From contig CAWJIL010000003.1 of the NCBI GenBank assembly GCA_963842925.1, positions 313,542 through 377,541 of the forward strand: 64,000 nt of DNA, given 5' to 3'. The first letter of the stretch is position 1; each line of letters begins with the position of its first letter. The notes beneath the pieces are model-generated. The model searched no databases. It was not told the origin of the DNA and saw only the letters and a list, made by a program, of their open reading frames with translations. The translations under genes were made by a program, and so were the position numbers. This DNA comes from an uncultured delta proteobacterium. GTDB taxonomy: Bacteria; Desulfobacterota; Desulfobacteria; Desulfobacterales; B30-G6. Shown here in pieces: positions 47,707-58,264 of the stretch.

Positions 47707-49449
47707 TTAGAAGTTGAACACACTGTCCAGTTCTTCATCCGTTACACCGAAAGTCACATTATGCGGTGCTAAGGGTTCCGTTTTAAAGAAAGCGGGCAGC
47801 CGGTCATCCTTGGATGTAAACCCGGCGGCAGCGTTGAATTCACGCTCTTGTGTCAGGATCGATTTGCCCAGATCCGAGACATCGTCCGCCGTACACGGCT
47901 GTCCAGTGAAGCCGCTGAGCAAATCCAGGAGCGCCTGAAACGTTTCCGCCTGGTCCAGAATGGCAAAAGCAATAAACAGGCACATGCCCGTTGCATCGAT
48001 GGCGGCCGTGGCGATCTGAAGATTCCGGGAAAGTTCCACCTGGCCCTCAGGCTTGGTGCCATCCACATTTCCACCCACACCCAGAACATTGGCCGTAACG
48101 GAATAACCGGCTGTGTGGTCGGCACCCATGGTGGTTGTGGCATAGGTGACGCCGATACCCTGAACAGCTCTGGGGTCATAAGCGGGCATGGCCTGCCGCT
48201 TGACCACCGGAACCCGCTCCACGCCGAAAACCTGACCGGTTACGGATGCCCCGTTACCCAGTATCCGCCCCAGAGGCGTGCCCTGACCGACTTCTTTGAG
48301 GAGATTGATGGCAGCTTCGGCATCACCAAATTTGGCAACGCCCCCTTCCATGGCAACACCGATGGTGGCACCCATTTCGATGGTGTCCAGCCCGAAGTCA
48401 TCATCCATGCGGTCCAGTTCGGCAATGGCGTCCAGATCATCGATACCGCAATTGCCACCATGGGCCCAGACGGTTTCATACTCGGGCTGCTTGGTCAGGA
48501 AGTTACCGTTTTTACCGTAAAACGTTCCTGAACAACGTATGACACAGCCCCTGTGACATCCATGTGTGGCAGATCCTTCGCCACCTCTGGCGTTTTCCAG
48601 TTCCGCCTGTGCCTCACCACTGATCTTGGATGCGCCTGCAAACTGGCCTGTGGAAAAATTGTTGGTGGGATATCCACCGGCTTCGTTGACGACATTGGTC
48701 AGAACGTTGGTGCCATAAGCCGGCAAGCCTTCCCCCGTAACCGGGTGTTTTTTCAAACCGGCAACAAAAGCCTTGTTGGCTTCCTTGAATTTGTCCGGGT
48801 CTGCGGGTTCACGTCTGACCGTGCCTTCATCATCCACAATAATCACCTTGAGACCCTTGGACCCCATGACCGCGCCCACACCGCCCCGACCGGCATGCCG
48901 GGTGGGACGCTGTTCCATGTCCGTAAAGGCGATGGAGGCAGCCGACATCTTCATCTCCCCGGCAGGTCCGATACTGATACAGGCCACCTTGTCACCATAT
49001 GCAGCCTTCATTTTTTCTACCAGATCATAATTGCCAAGCATTTTCAGGCTATTATCAGCCTCTATTTTTGCGCCATCCTTGTTGACAACCATTTTATACA
49101 GCGTATCGTCAGCGGGTCGTCCCTCTATGATAATGGCGGCACACCCGAGCCTTGCCAGCATTTGTGAAGGCTGACCACCCGAGTTGGCTTCCTTGATACC
49201 GCCTGTCAGCGGGCTTTTACATCCCACGGAAATTCGACCGGACATGGCTGCTGCAGAGCCACTGAGCATCCCGGGTGCAATCACGAGTTTGTTATCAACT
49301 CCCAGGGGATGGCACAATGGTGGCACTTCCTTTGCCACAACCGCCGACGTCATGGCCCTACCACCCAGCCCGGCGTAGTCGCCCAGTGGTTCAACGACGA
49401 TCTGGGGACCTCCGTCCGCTCCCATTTTCACTCTCAAGATTTTGTCCAT
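47707..49449 (-). CDS. aor: Tungsten-containing aldehyde:ferredoxin oxidoreductase
   Basis: 580 aa with AFOR N- and C-domains. [4Fe-4S] ligand region HGCHRGCVIRCSG. GGAGGG SD. Confidence 0.93.
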   Translation of the reverse strand: MDKILRVKMGADGGPQIVVEPLGDYAGLGGRAMTSAVVAKEVPPLCHPLGVDNKLVIAPGMLSGSAAAMSGRISVGCKSPLTGGIKEANSGGQPSQMLARLGCAAIIIEGRPADDTLYKMVVNKDGAKIEADNSLKMLGNYDLVEKMKAAYGDKVACISIGPAGEMKMSAASIAFTDMEQRPTRHAGRGGVGAVMGSKGLKVIIVDDEGTVRREPADPDKFKEANKAFVAGLKKHPVTGEGLPAYGTNVLTNVVNEAGGYPTNNFSTGQFAGASKISGEAQAELENARGGEGSATHGCHRGCVIRCSGTFYGKNGNFLTKQPEYETVWAHGGNCGIDDLDAIAELDRMDDDFGLDTIEMGATIGVAMEGGVAKFGDAEAAINLLKEVGQGTPLGRILGNGASVTGQVFGVERVPVVKRQAMPAYDPRAVQGIGVTYATTTMGADHTAGYSVTANVLGVGGNVDGTKPEGQVELSRNLQIATAAIDATGMCLFIAFAILDQAETFQALLDLLSGFTGQPCTADDVSDLGKSILTQEREFNAAAGFTSKDDRLPAFFKTEPLAPHNVTFGVTDEELDSVFNF

Positions 49450-49629
49450 CGGTTCCCTCCTTTTTGGTTATTTTCAAATAATAGCCGATTTACGAACAAT
49501 GGAAAAAAACATCTGTTTATTATCCTTTGTAATTATGAGTATTGCTTGGTAATGTCAAGGAAAACCAGGAATAACATCGCCATGCGATGCTATCTGGCGC
49601 GGCTTCGCCGCTAAATATCTAAGAAGCTC

Positions 49630-49692
49630 GCAGCATGCGAAGCACTGCCGCACAACAGAATCTAGGGGGAATGCGCTCGCTGTTTCGATTCA
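49630..49692 (+). repeat. R1 repeat copy
   Basis: GCAGCATGCGAAGCACTGCCGCACAACAGAATCTAGGGGGAATGCGCTCGCTGTTTCGATTCA. Confidence 0.85.
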
Positions 49693-49820
49693 TCCTCAAG
49701 TATCCCATGTGGGCCTTTGTGTGATAGGACACAAAGATACTTTAAAGCTGGATACTGCTTTCCGCCGATAGCTGATAGCCACCCTCGAACCCTTGTATCA
49801 CCCTCAGACCCATATACTCT

Positions 49821-51980
49821 CTATTTGGATACCCGCTCGGTCAGGTTTTTAAGATCCTTCTGAGCTATCTTCACAAGGCTTTTCAGATCGACTGTCACAT
49901 CTTCATCATAGGGGGTCACGGCAACCACAAAATTGATATCGAACGGAATTTCGTTTATGACCATCTCGTGGGACTTCAATAAATTTGAAATTCTCTCCAG
50001 GGCGATCCTGGCATTGTCGCCTGTGGTCATGGGTTGAATCACCACCACCATTTTGGCACCCAGCATTCCCACGAGATCGGTTTCCCTGACAATACTCGTC
50101 AGGGCACTCACAAAGACTGCAATGATGTCCTCCGGTGCGACGCTGCCCGGCTTTGCAACTTTTTTTGGGACCGCCTTCACCACTAAAAAAGAAAGAATCG
50201 AAAAGGGGGTATTGTAACGCTTGGATCGTAAAACCTCCTTTTCCAGCACAAAGAGCGTGCTCCCCCGGTTCAGACTGCCCGGTGGGGCGGCTTTTGATTT
50301 TTCTTTCTCACTTGGAACCGGTTTGGTCATAATCTCGTCATAGATTTCCTGAAACATGCTCTCATGGACACCTCGCTCCGCCAGTGTCTCCTTGACCTGC
50401 AGAACAATGGCCGCTAATTCATCGTCGTCCTTTGCATGGGTTTTAAGCAGCTTCAACATGTCCGCTTTGGTCGGCGGACGGCCATCTCCCGTACGCATTT
50501 TATTGAAAACCATGCTGGACTTGAGGTGGCGGATGCTCTCCTCCATCCGTTCGGTCAAGCGCTCCTCCATTTTTTTCAGAACATCGAGGTCGATATCCTT
50601 GTGCTTGAGTTTGTCCACGAGTTCCGTACGAATCCGTGAAAAAATACTGTCAGCACTGCCCCCTGCACCATCACCGGTCTCTTTCATGGCTTCCAATGTC
50701 AACTCGGTGCCGGCTCGTTCGACATAGTCCACCAACAGATCGGATAGAATACGATCGTCCTGACCACTTTTACGTATTTCGGCTGCAAGATAGATGAGTT
50801 CCGCAGTCCCCTGGGGATTCCTGACAATTTCCTGAATCAAGTCCTCCCCTTCCAGACCAATGGCTTCGGCGCTTTGTTCGAGAACACGTGTAAGCTCGTC
50901 GCTCTGAAGTTCCTCTTTCAATTCCTGAACGAATTGAAGATAATCCCTCATGGGCATCCCTGCATCCAGAAGGGCCCGTTTGAGTTTCGGTATGATCCGC
51001 TGCAGCTCCGCCGTATCCGTGGTTATCCGCAGAACAATCTGTGCCAGACGCTTGATGGATACCGCCCCCTGATTGTACTCCCCGGTAATCAGTTGGATCA
51101 AAACACTGTCCGCGACTTCGTCAATCTCACGATCGATAACCTGCTGGTCCAGATAAACCACGCCCTGGGCCTTTTGCGCCTCGATACCCTCAATCAGCCG
51201 ACGTTTCAGTTTAAAAATATCTTCTGCAAGCTCGGTGATGTCGACATCTGTCTTATTTTCTATCACCCCTTTGACATCTTCCTGAAAACGGTTCAGGCTT
51301 TGCACCAGAGCGGTTCCCGGCCGAACACTCCCGTCCTCAGCGTTCCTGGCCGCTGCCAGATCTTCTTCGATGAGCATCTGTGAAAACTCGGCCGGTCCCT
51401 GCATCAGATTTTGAACTGAAATATTTTTCTGAGCCTCTTCGGAAAGGATATCAACAGCCATGATCGCCAAAAGGTCTTCCGTGGCCAGAGCGCCCGACCC
51501 CTCCTCATCAAACTGGCCACTTTTCACCACCTGTTCATCGTTCTTAATCTTCTGGAAGACAAAATAGTTGATCAGAATTTTATCCAGATCCTTTTCCTGC
51601 ATGGCCTTTTTTATGGCGTCGGCATTGGGATATCGATTGAGATCGGTCAGGATTTCCAGGAACTGGGTCAAATCCGCCAGAGTCATGCCCGAATCGAAAG
51701 CCAGTGACTGAATGTCGGTTTTTTTGAAATGGGCTGTCAGGCGTTTGGTATTGATGCGGGAATCAAGGGTCCCGTCTTCGACAAACAACTGGTCCTGGTG
51801 AAGCGACAAGGCAATGGTAGGTAAAATTTTAAAGCCGTCCTGAAACGATTCGTATGCCCGTTCCAGCGCTCCGATAACCGACTTGTGATAGACATTGTAC
51901 ATGGAAATCTGGTTGAACACCAAATTGAAATTTCTGCCGATGGTATCCAAAAGCGCTTTTGGGAGAATTGCTTTGTCCAT
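49821..51980 (-). CDS. Large signalling-type protein with C-terminal degenerate GGDEF-like domain
   Basis: 719 aa. The last ~160 aa resemble a GGDEF fold (RYNTPFSILSFLV...RETDLVGMLGAKMVVVIQPMT), but the GG[DE]EF site reads GAKMV. GAAGGA SD. Confidence 0.72.
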   Translation of the reverse strand: MDKAILPKALLDTIGRNFNLVFNQISMYNVYHKSVIGALERAYESFQDGFKILPTIALSLHQDQLFVEDGTLDSRINTKRLTAHFKKTDIQSLAFDSGMTLADLTQFLEILTDLNRYPNADAIKKAMQEKDLDKILINYFVFQKIKNDEQVVKSGQFDEEGSGALATEDLLAIMAVDILSEEAQKNISVQNLMQGPAEFSQMLIEEDLAAARNAEDGSVRPGTALVQSLNRFQEDVKGVIENKTDVDITELAEDIFKLKRRLIEGIEAQKAQGVVYLDQQVIDREIDEVADSVLIQLITGEYNQGAVSIKRLAQIVLRITTDTAELQRIIPKLKRALLDAGMPMRDYLQFVQELKEELQSDELTRVLEQSAEAIGLEGEDLIQEIVRNPQGTAELIYLAAEIRKSGQDDRILSDLLVDYVERAGTELTLEAMKETGDGAGGSADSIFSRIRTELVDKLKHKDIDLDVLKKMEERLTERMEESIRHLKSSMVFNKMRTGDGRPPTKADMLKLLKTHAKDDDELAAIVLQVKETLAERGVHESMFQEIYDEIMTKPVPSEKEKSKAAPPGSLNRGSTLFVLEKEVLRSKRYNTPFSILSFLVVKAVPKKVAKPGSVAPEDIIAVFVSALTSIVRETDLVGMLGAKMVVVIQPMTTGDNARIALERISNLLKSHEMVINEIPFDINFVVAVTPYDEDVTVDLKSLVKIAQKDLKNLTERVSK

Positions 51981-52018
51981 CTTTCGATTCCTTCGCAGTA
52001 GATTACTAGGCTTCAGGC

Positions 52019-52079
52019 TGAAATGCCTTGTGCCATCGTTGATCAGACGCGTGAGATTTTCAGGCTAAGTCTTTCAGCC
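52019..52079 (-). repeat. Repeat family R5, inverted copy
   Basis: The reverse complement reads CTTAGCCTGAAAATCTCACGCGTCTGATCAACGATGGCACAAGGCATTTCAGCCTGAAGCC. Confidence 0.7.
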
Positions 52080-52092
52080 GGGCTGATACTGC

Positions 52093-52989
52093 TTAACCCT
52101 TCAGGTGGTTTTTACGGTACCACTTCATGGCCTGGATAAGTTCGGAACAGGTGGAAAAACGCTTCTCCGGATCATATGCCATGGCCTTGCCGATAATCCG
52201 GTCCAGACTTTCGTGCAGATGGGTATTGAGTTGGGACGGCTTTTTCTGAAAAATACCCTTGGGATCTTTCTGTTTGTGATCCAGGAGCGCCATCATCGTG
52301 GGATAGCGCGCGAACGGTAGTTTCTCCACGACCATTTGAAACAGCATCACTCCCACGGCATAAATATCCGCCCGCCCATCCACGTCTGCTGTGGCGATCT
52401 GTTCGGGTGCCATGTAGAGCGGGGTACCCAGAATAAGCTCCTTTCCCAGTTCATCCCCCTTCAGAAACCTGGCTGTTCCAAAATCTGAAATCAGTGGTCG
52501 CCGTGTATGTGCCTCTACCAGAATGTTGGGTGGTTTGATGTCGCGGTGGACAATCCCCTGTCCGTGTGCATAGCCAAGCGCCTCCAGAACATGGATAACC
52601 ACATTGAAGGTCGGTAGCAGCGGCAAAACCCTCCTGGATGGTATTACATTTTTCTTGGCCTTGGTGATATAAGCCAGCAGGTCTTTTCCCTGAACCAGTT
52701 GCATGCTCATGAAGAGAAACTCGTCGGTTTCCCCCACTTCATAGATTGGGATAATATTGGGGTGGGAAAGTATGGCCGCAGCTTCGGCTTCCTGTTGAAA
52801 CATCTCGGCAGCAGACTGGGTCATGAGTACCTTGGGTAAAATTTTTATGGCAATCTTGCGCTTCAGAGTACGCTGATATCCCTCAAACACCACAGCCATA
52901 CTTCCACGGCCAAGCTCTTTCAAAACCGTGGCAGTTCCGATGTCCATCCCGTAATACTTCTTCGCGTCAATCGATTTTATCGTCATCAT
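52093..52989 (-). CDS. Hanks-type serine/threonine protein kinase
   Basis: GRGSMAVV glycine loop, VAIK-type Lys (IAIKIL), HRDIKPPN, DFGTA, and GTPLYMAPE. Confidence 0.9.
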   Translation of the reverse strand: MMTIKSIDAKKYYGMDIGTATVLKELGRGSMAVVFEGYQRTLKRKIAIKILPKVLMTQSAAEMFQQEAEAAAILSHPNIIPIYEVGETDEFLFMSMQLVQGKDLLAYITKAKKNVIPSRRVLPLLPTFNVVIHVLEALGYAHGQGIVHRDIKPPNILVEAHTRRPLISDFGTARFLKGDELGKELILGTPLYMAPEQIATADVDGRADIYAVGVMLFQMVVEKLPFARYPTMMALLDHKQKDPKGIFQKKPSQLNTHLHESLDRIIGKAMAYDPEKRFSTCSELIQAMKWYRKNHLKG

Positions 52990-53730
52990 GTTGAAAAAAC
53001 TGATAGGCTGTTCGAAATTTGAGCGTTGAATAAGCGTTGAATGGTATTGTTTAACACAAAACTGTAAGCTATTTCAATTGCTTTTCCTTTAAGAGTCCGG
53101 CATGCTCTTAAAAAAAGTGTGGCGGCAAGTTTGTGCAACTGATAAAAAAACTGTTGAATCGGTGGGTAATCGAAGAGCCTCTCAGCAAGACTTCGGTGAG
53201 GACTGTCCATCCGCGGGGGAGGAATATTCTACCCTGCGGCAGTGCTTCGCACCGACCGTAGGTATTTTGTCTAATTCTGATTGGCTGGATAACTCCGACG
53301 AAAGCCACGGAAAACGTGCCCGCTGTTGCGGTTCACCGAAAGAGTAGCGTACTTATTGCGCTATCTGGATTCCGGATTGTCGGCGCTGCTGCGACGTTCC
53401 TCGCCCGTTCTCCGTTCCGGTATATGGAATGCATAGGAGAACTGTCGTCTATCAACTTTGGAGCGTCTATCACTATTATCCATGAGAGATGATTGCATCA
53501 TGACCCAAGTCATTACTGATAAACATTGCCCCTTGTCAACACCAAAATAGGATTCCCGTGCTTTCGTCGACATCAATCCGGAAGCATTATCTCATTTCCG
53601 CCCCGTACTTTCCTTGCAACACCTGTCGATATTGAAAAGCCCGTCAGCCGTGACAATCCAGGCTTCTTGCTTTTCTCCGGCAAGATTAGGGGAACACGCT
53701 TGCTGTTGCGGTTCAATGATAAAACTGCTA

Positions 53731-53809
53731 TACGAACGCTTATCTGCACGTTTGAGCGCTTGTTTGACGTTATTTTTCGAAGCAGTTTCGAAAAGTTATT
53801 CTGACAACC
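53731..53809 (+). repeat. Repeat family R4, second copy
   Basis: See 46820-46898. Confidence 0.8.
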
Positions 53810-53830
53810 ACCATAATTGAAGAGTACCCT

Positions 53831-53893
53831 GCAGCATGCGAATAACTGCCGCACAGCAAAACCTACAGGGAATGCGCTCCCTATTTCTGTTCA
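53831..53893 (+). repeat. R1 repeat copy
   Basis: GCAGCATGCGAATAACTGCCGCACAGCAAAACCTACAGGGAATGCGCTCCCTATTTCTGTTCA. Confidence 0.85.
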
Positions 53894-53923
53894 GAACTAT
53901 TTTCAGAATCAAAGGAGACCACC

Positions 53924-54259
53924 ATGAACGACAATGCTAGCACCCAGAAGGGCATCCCGTTCAACCTGGCAAAGCATGCCGATTACGCTGATGGATCTGT
54001 CGTCAGCAAGACCCTCATCAGGAAAGACACCGGAACCATCACTCTATTTGCTTTTGATGCCGGGCAGGGTCTTAGTGAGCACAAGGCGCCCTTTGACGCC
54101 GTGGTCACCATCCTGGATGGGCAGGCACAAATTACCATCGGTGGCAACACCACCCGTGTCAAGACCGGTGAAATGCTCATCATGCCGGCCAACATTACGC
54201 ACGCCCTGCATGCCGAAGAGCGATTTAAGATGCTCCTGGTCATGATTCGCGGTGAATAA
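53924..54259 (+). CDS. Cupin domain protein
   Basis: 111 aa. Cupin_2 pattern (G..L.EH.AP.D..V.ILDG...I.IGG......GE.L.MPAN..HAL). AAAGGAG SD. Confidence 0.8.
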   Translation: MNDNASTQKGIPFNLAKHADYADGSVVSKTLIRKDTGTITLFAFDAGQGLSEHKAPFDAVVTILDGQAQITIGGNTTRVKTGEMLIMPANITHALHAEERFKMLLVMIRGE

Positions 54260-54264
54260 TATGA

Positions 54265-55373
<1,109 letters not shown>

Positions 55374-55502
55374 ATTTTCCGAAATGATTATTTAGGTTGA
55401 TTCTCCAGATATGCCCATATAAGCTCATGCGTCGAATTACCGAAGCACCCGGTATTGGTTATTGTACATGCTGTTTCGTACCAATGCCGGAAAGGATTTC
55501 GC

Positions 55503-56684
55503 GTGAACCCCGAAGAAAAAAAAATCATGGGACTCGTAACCACATCCCACGGGCTGGTTCACCTGTATGAAGGTGTTCTGCCACCACTCCTGCCCCTGGT
55601 CATGGCCGAATTTGGTGCGGATTACTTTACCATGGGAATCATTGTTACGATATTCTCTTATGCTTTTGGACTCGGATCTCTGCCGGCCGGGATCCTGGCC
55701 GATAAAATCGGACCTCGGCGACTTATCAGCCTCTACCTGTTTGGTGCCGGCACAGCCGGTGTCCTTGTCCTGCCGGCTGGCTCCCTGGTGTTCTACGCCA
55801 TCGTCATGGGCCTGTTGGGAGCCTTCTGCAGCACCTTTCATCCTGCAGCTAACACCTTGATCTCTCTGGGTGTCCGGGAGAAGGGCACAGCCTTTGGCAT
55901 CAATGGTATCGCCGGCAGTGTCGGGGTGGCTGTGGTGCCGGTTTTATCGGCCTTGATCGGCACAAAACTGGGGTGGAGAACACCGCATGTTGTTTTCGGT
56001 CTTATGGGTGTCGGCCTGGCCTTCTTTTCCCTGACCCTGCCCAGACATCCGACCCGTCAGAAGAAGAGCGCACCTCAAGCATCTCTTCAGGCCGCTCCTG
56101 AAAGGCGGAATACCATTCTATCCCTCTGGTTTTTTTTCCTGTCGGCCACGGCCCTGGGCTTGTCCTACAAGGGTATCATGACTTTTTTGCCCACCTACAT
56201 GGGACAAAATATCCACTTGGGGTTTCTAAAAATGAACGTGGTGGCTATGGGCGGTGCGTTTGCAACTCTGGCCCTGGTATCCGGCGCTTTGGGGCAATAT
56301 GTGGCCGGTCGCCTTACCGATATTTATCCGGCAGAAAAAATATACCTTGTCACTGTCTGCATGGGCACCATTTTTGTCTTTTTCATGTCTTTTTCCAGAG
56401 GAGTGCTCCTGCTTCTGGCATCTATCGGCTATGCTTTTTTTTCATTTGCGACTCAGCCCGCTCAAAATTTTATTGTTTCAAAATACATGCCCCAGCATCG
56501 GCAGGGTCTTGGCTATGGAATGCTCTTTATCCTCTCCTTCGGGGTCGGATCAACCGCTGCTGCAGTTTCCGGCTATCTCGCTGATCTGTACGGCCTGCGG
56601 ATTGTCTTTGGCGCCATGGGTTTCTGCTTTCTGGTTTCCGCGGCTTTTGTCCTGGGGCTGGTATTATTAAGCTCTAAGCGATAA
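55503..56684 (+). CDS. MFS transporter
   Basis: About 12 TM helices and the MFS loop motif G.LADKIGPRR. GTG 55503 has an AAAGGA SD. The alternative start is ATG 55527. Confidence 0.85.
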   Translation: MNPEEKKIMGLVTTSHGLVHLYEGVLPPLLPLVMAEFGADYFTMGIIVTIFSYAFGLGSLPAGILADKIGPRRLISLYLFGAGTAGVLVLPAGSLVFYAIVMGLLGAFCSTFHPAANTLISLGVREKGTAFGINGIAGSVGVAVVPVLSALIGTKLGWRTPHVVFGLMGVGLAFFSLTLPRHPTRQKKSAPQASLQAAPERRNTILSLWFFFLSATALGLSYKGIMTFLPTYMGQNIHLGFLKMNVVAMGGAFATLALVSGALGQYVAGRLTDIYPAEKIYLVTVCMGTIFVFFMSFSRGVLLLLASIGYAFFSFATQPAQNFIVSKYMPQHRQGLGYGMLFILSFGVGSTAAAVSGYLADLYGLRIVFGAMGFCFLVSAAFVLGLVLLSSKR

Positions 56685-56717
56685 GCAATAAGCTTTAAGC
56701 CGCTTACAGCTTAAGGC

Positions 56718-57278
56718 TTACGGCTTAAGGCTTATCGCTGATGATTCTGCCAGTTCAAGGTTTTGAAATTCAAATCTTCCTGTCCTGCGCTCTCTGAAAT
56801 AATGCAGCAGGGTCTTTTGAATAACGGGGAAAGCGATATCGTCCCAGGGAATGTCATTCTCATGCACCAGCTCTACCTCGGAACTTTCACGGGTCGGTCC
56901 GTATTCAGGCACCAGGATCCGGGCCCGAAAAATGAGATACACCTGGTTCACAAACACCAGGTCAAAGAGTCGGTAGGGTGCGATGATTTCAACCTGTACC
57001 CGTGCCTCTTCGAATGTTTCCCGCATGGCGCCTTCCCGGACAGATTCACCGTTTTCTAGAAATCCGGCCGGCAAAGTCCATTTACCCCTGCGAGGTTCAA
57101 TGTCACGCCGGCAGAGAAGGATGCGGTCTTCATATTCGGGTATACATCCCACCACCATTTTAGGGTTCTGATAATGAATGCTTCCGCAGACAGTGCAAAC
57201 CTGTCTGGCCCGTTCGTCATTTGAAGGCGTCCGGGTCGAAACCATAGACCCACATTGTGTGCAGTAATGAATGTTCAT
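56718..57278 (-). CDS. NUDIX hydrolase with N-terminal zinc ribbon
   Basis: CTQCG...CTVCG zinc ribbon. Nudix box GFLENGESVREGAMRETFEEA. ATG 57278 preferred over TTG 57314. Confidence 0.88.
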   Translation of the reverse strand: MNIHYCTQCGSMVSTRTPSNDERARQVCTVCGSIHYQNPKMVVGCIPEYEDRILLCRRDIEPRRGKWTLPAGFLENGESVREGAMRETFEEARVQVEIIAPYRLFDLVFVNQVYLIFRARILVPEYGPTRESSEVELVHENDIPWDDIAFPVIQKTLLHYFRERRTGRFEFQNLELAESSAISLKP

Positions 57279-57744
57279 ATCAATACAATTTATACAGGAT
57301 TTTCCCGATGTCAATTCGAAGCATCCGGTTGTTTTATTGATTCCACCATCCTTTTGTGATACCGAATCGGAGCCTTGATTTGATTTGAACGTTTTTCAAG
57401 TTCGCCCTGGAAGGATTTTAGATTTTGGATATTTTAATCGACATCTTAACCCCAGCGTTGCAAAAGCCGGAGAGATTCAGAGCCAAGGCGTCTGAGGGTG
57501 AAGTCGTAGTTTTTTACTTCGAACCCTCAGCAACGCAGGATCTGAAATTCTCCGGCTTTCCCGTAGGGTACAACAACATGGCAAAATAGACACCATTCTT
57601 AAAATTCACCTGGGAGAAAATCCAGGACATGGCGCTATCGCTACGATATTGCATATAATAACAACTCATTATATATACTTTGCCATGTTGTTTATGCAAC
57701 AATGGGGTTAATATGCCCGGAGAAGGTTTAACCAAGGAGGACCG

Positions 57745-58029
57745 ATGTCCGGTTTTCATGAAATATTGCTGGTTGCCGCCATTCTTCTGGGCATTTTATT
57801 CCTACCACGCATGCTGCAAAAAAAGGGCGCACAGACATCGACCCGCCCGGCAATCGTCATCTCACGCAATCTGCGGATAGCCATTGCCGCTTCGGTGATT
57901 TACCCGATCGTGGCTGCGGCATTTTTACAGCCATGGCGTAAAGATATGATTCTTTTTCTATATGCCGGTGTGGGACCGGTGATACTGGGTTGGCTGTTTT
58001 ACTGGGTGTTTACCGGACGCAAGAAATAA
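57745..58029 (+). CDS. Small membrane protein (94 aa, 3 TM)
   Basis: Strong SD (AAGGAGG) 5 nt before the ATG, and three hydrophobic helices. Confidence 0.6.
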   Translation: MSGFHEILLVAAILLGILFLPRMLQKKGAQTSTRPAIVISRNLRIAIAASVIYPIVAAAFLQPWRKDMILFLYAGVGPVILGWLFYWVFTGRKK

Positions 58030-58264
58030 AGCGCGTATGCTGGGAAGCCAGGACGCTCGGAAGCTGGGATGCTGCTCTCTGCTTTAAGCCGTCAACCCCC
58101 CTCAAACCCTACAAACGTAGTTGCTTTGTTCATTGTGCTCTTTGGGTTTATTGTGTTGCCTAAGGTCGTCGGTATAGAGCCATCAACTTGTTTCCGTTTC
58201 ATCAACCCAATGAACCCAAGAAGCACAACAAACTCAATGAACCCTATTCCCCTTGAACCCTATT

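Noticed and set aside
52986-53210. 74-aa ORF overlapping the kinase start (ATGA), and the Arg-rich 71-aa ORF at 53361..53576
   Set aside because: I recognised no homology. Both are embedded in or adjacent to repeat modules (R1 partial, R1 tails), so the coding evidence is insufficient. They could be real small proteins, but I cannot support that from sequence alone.
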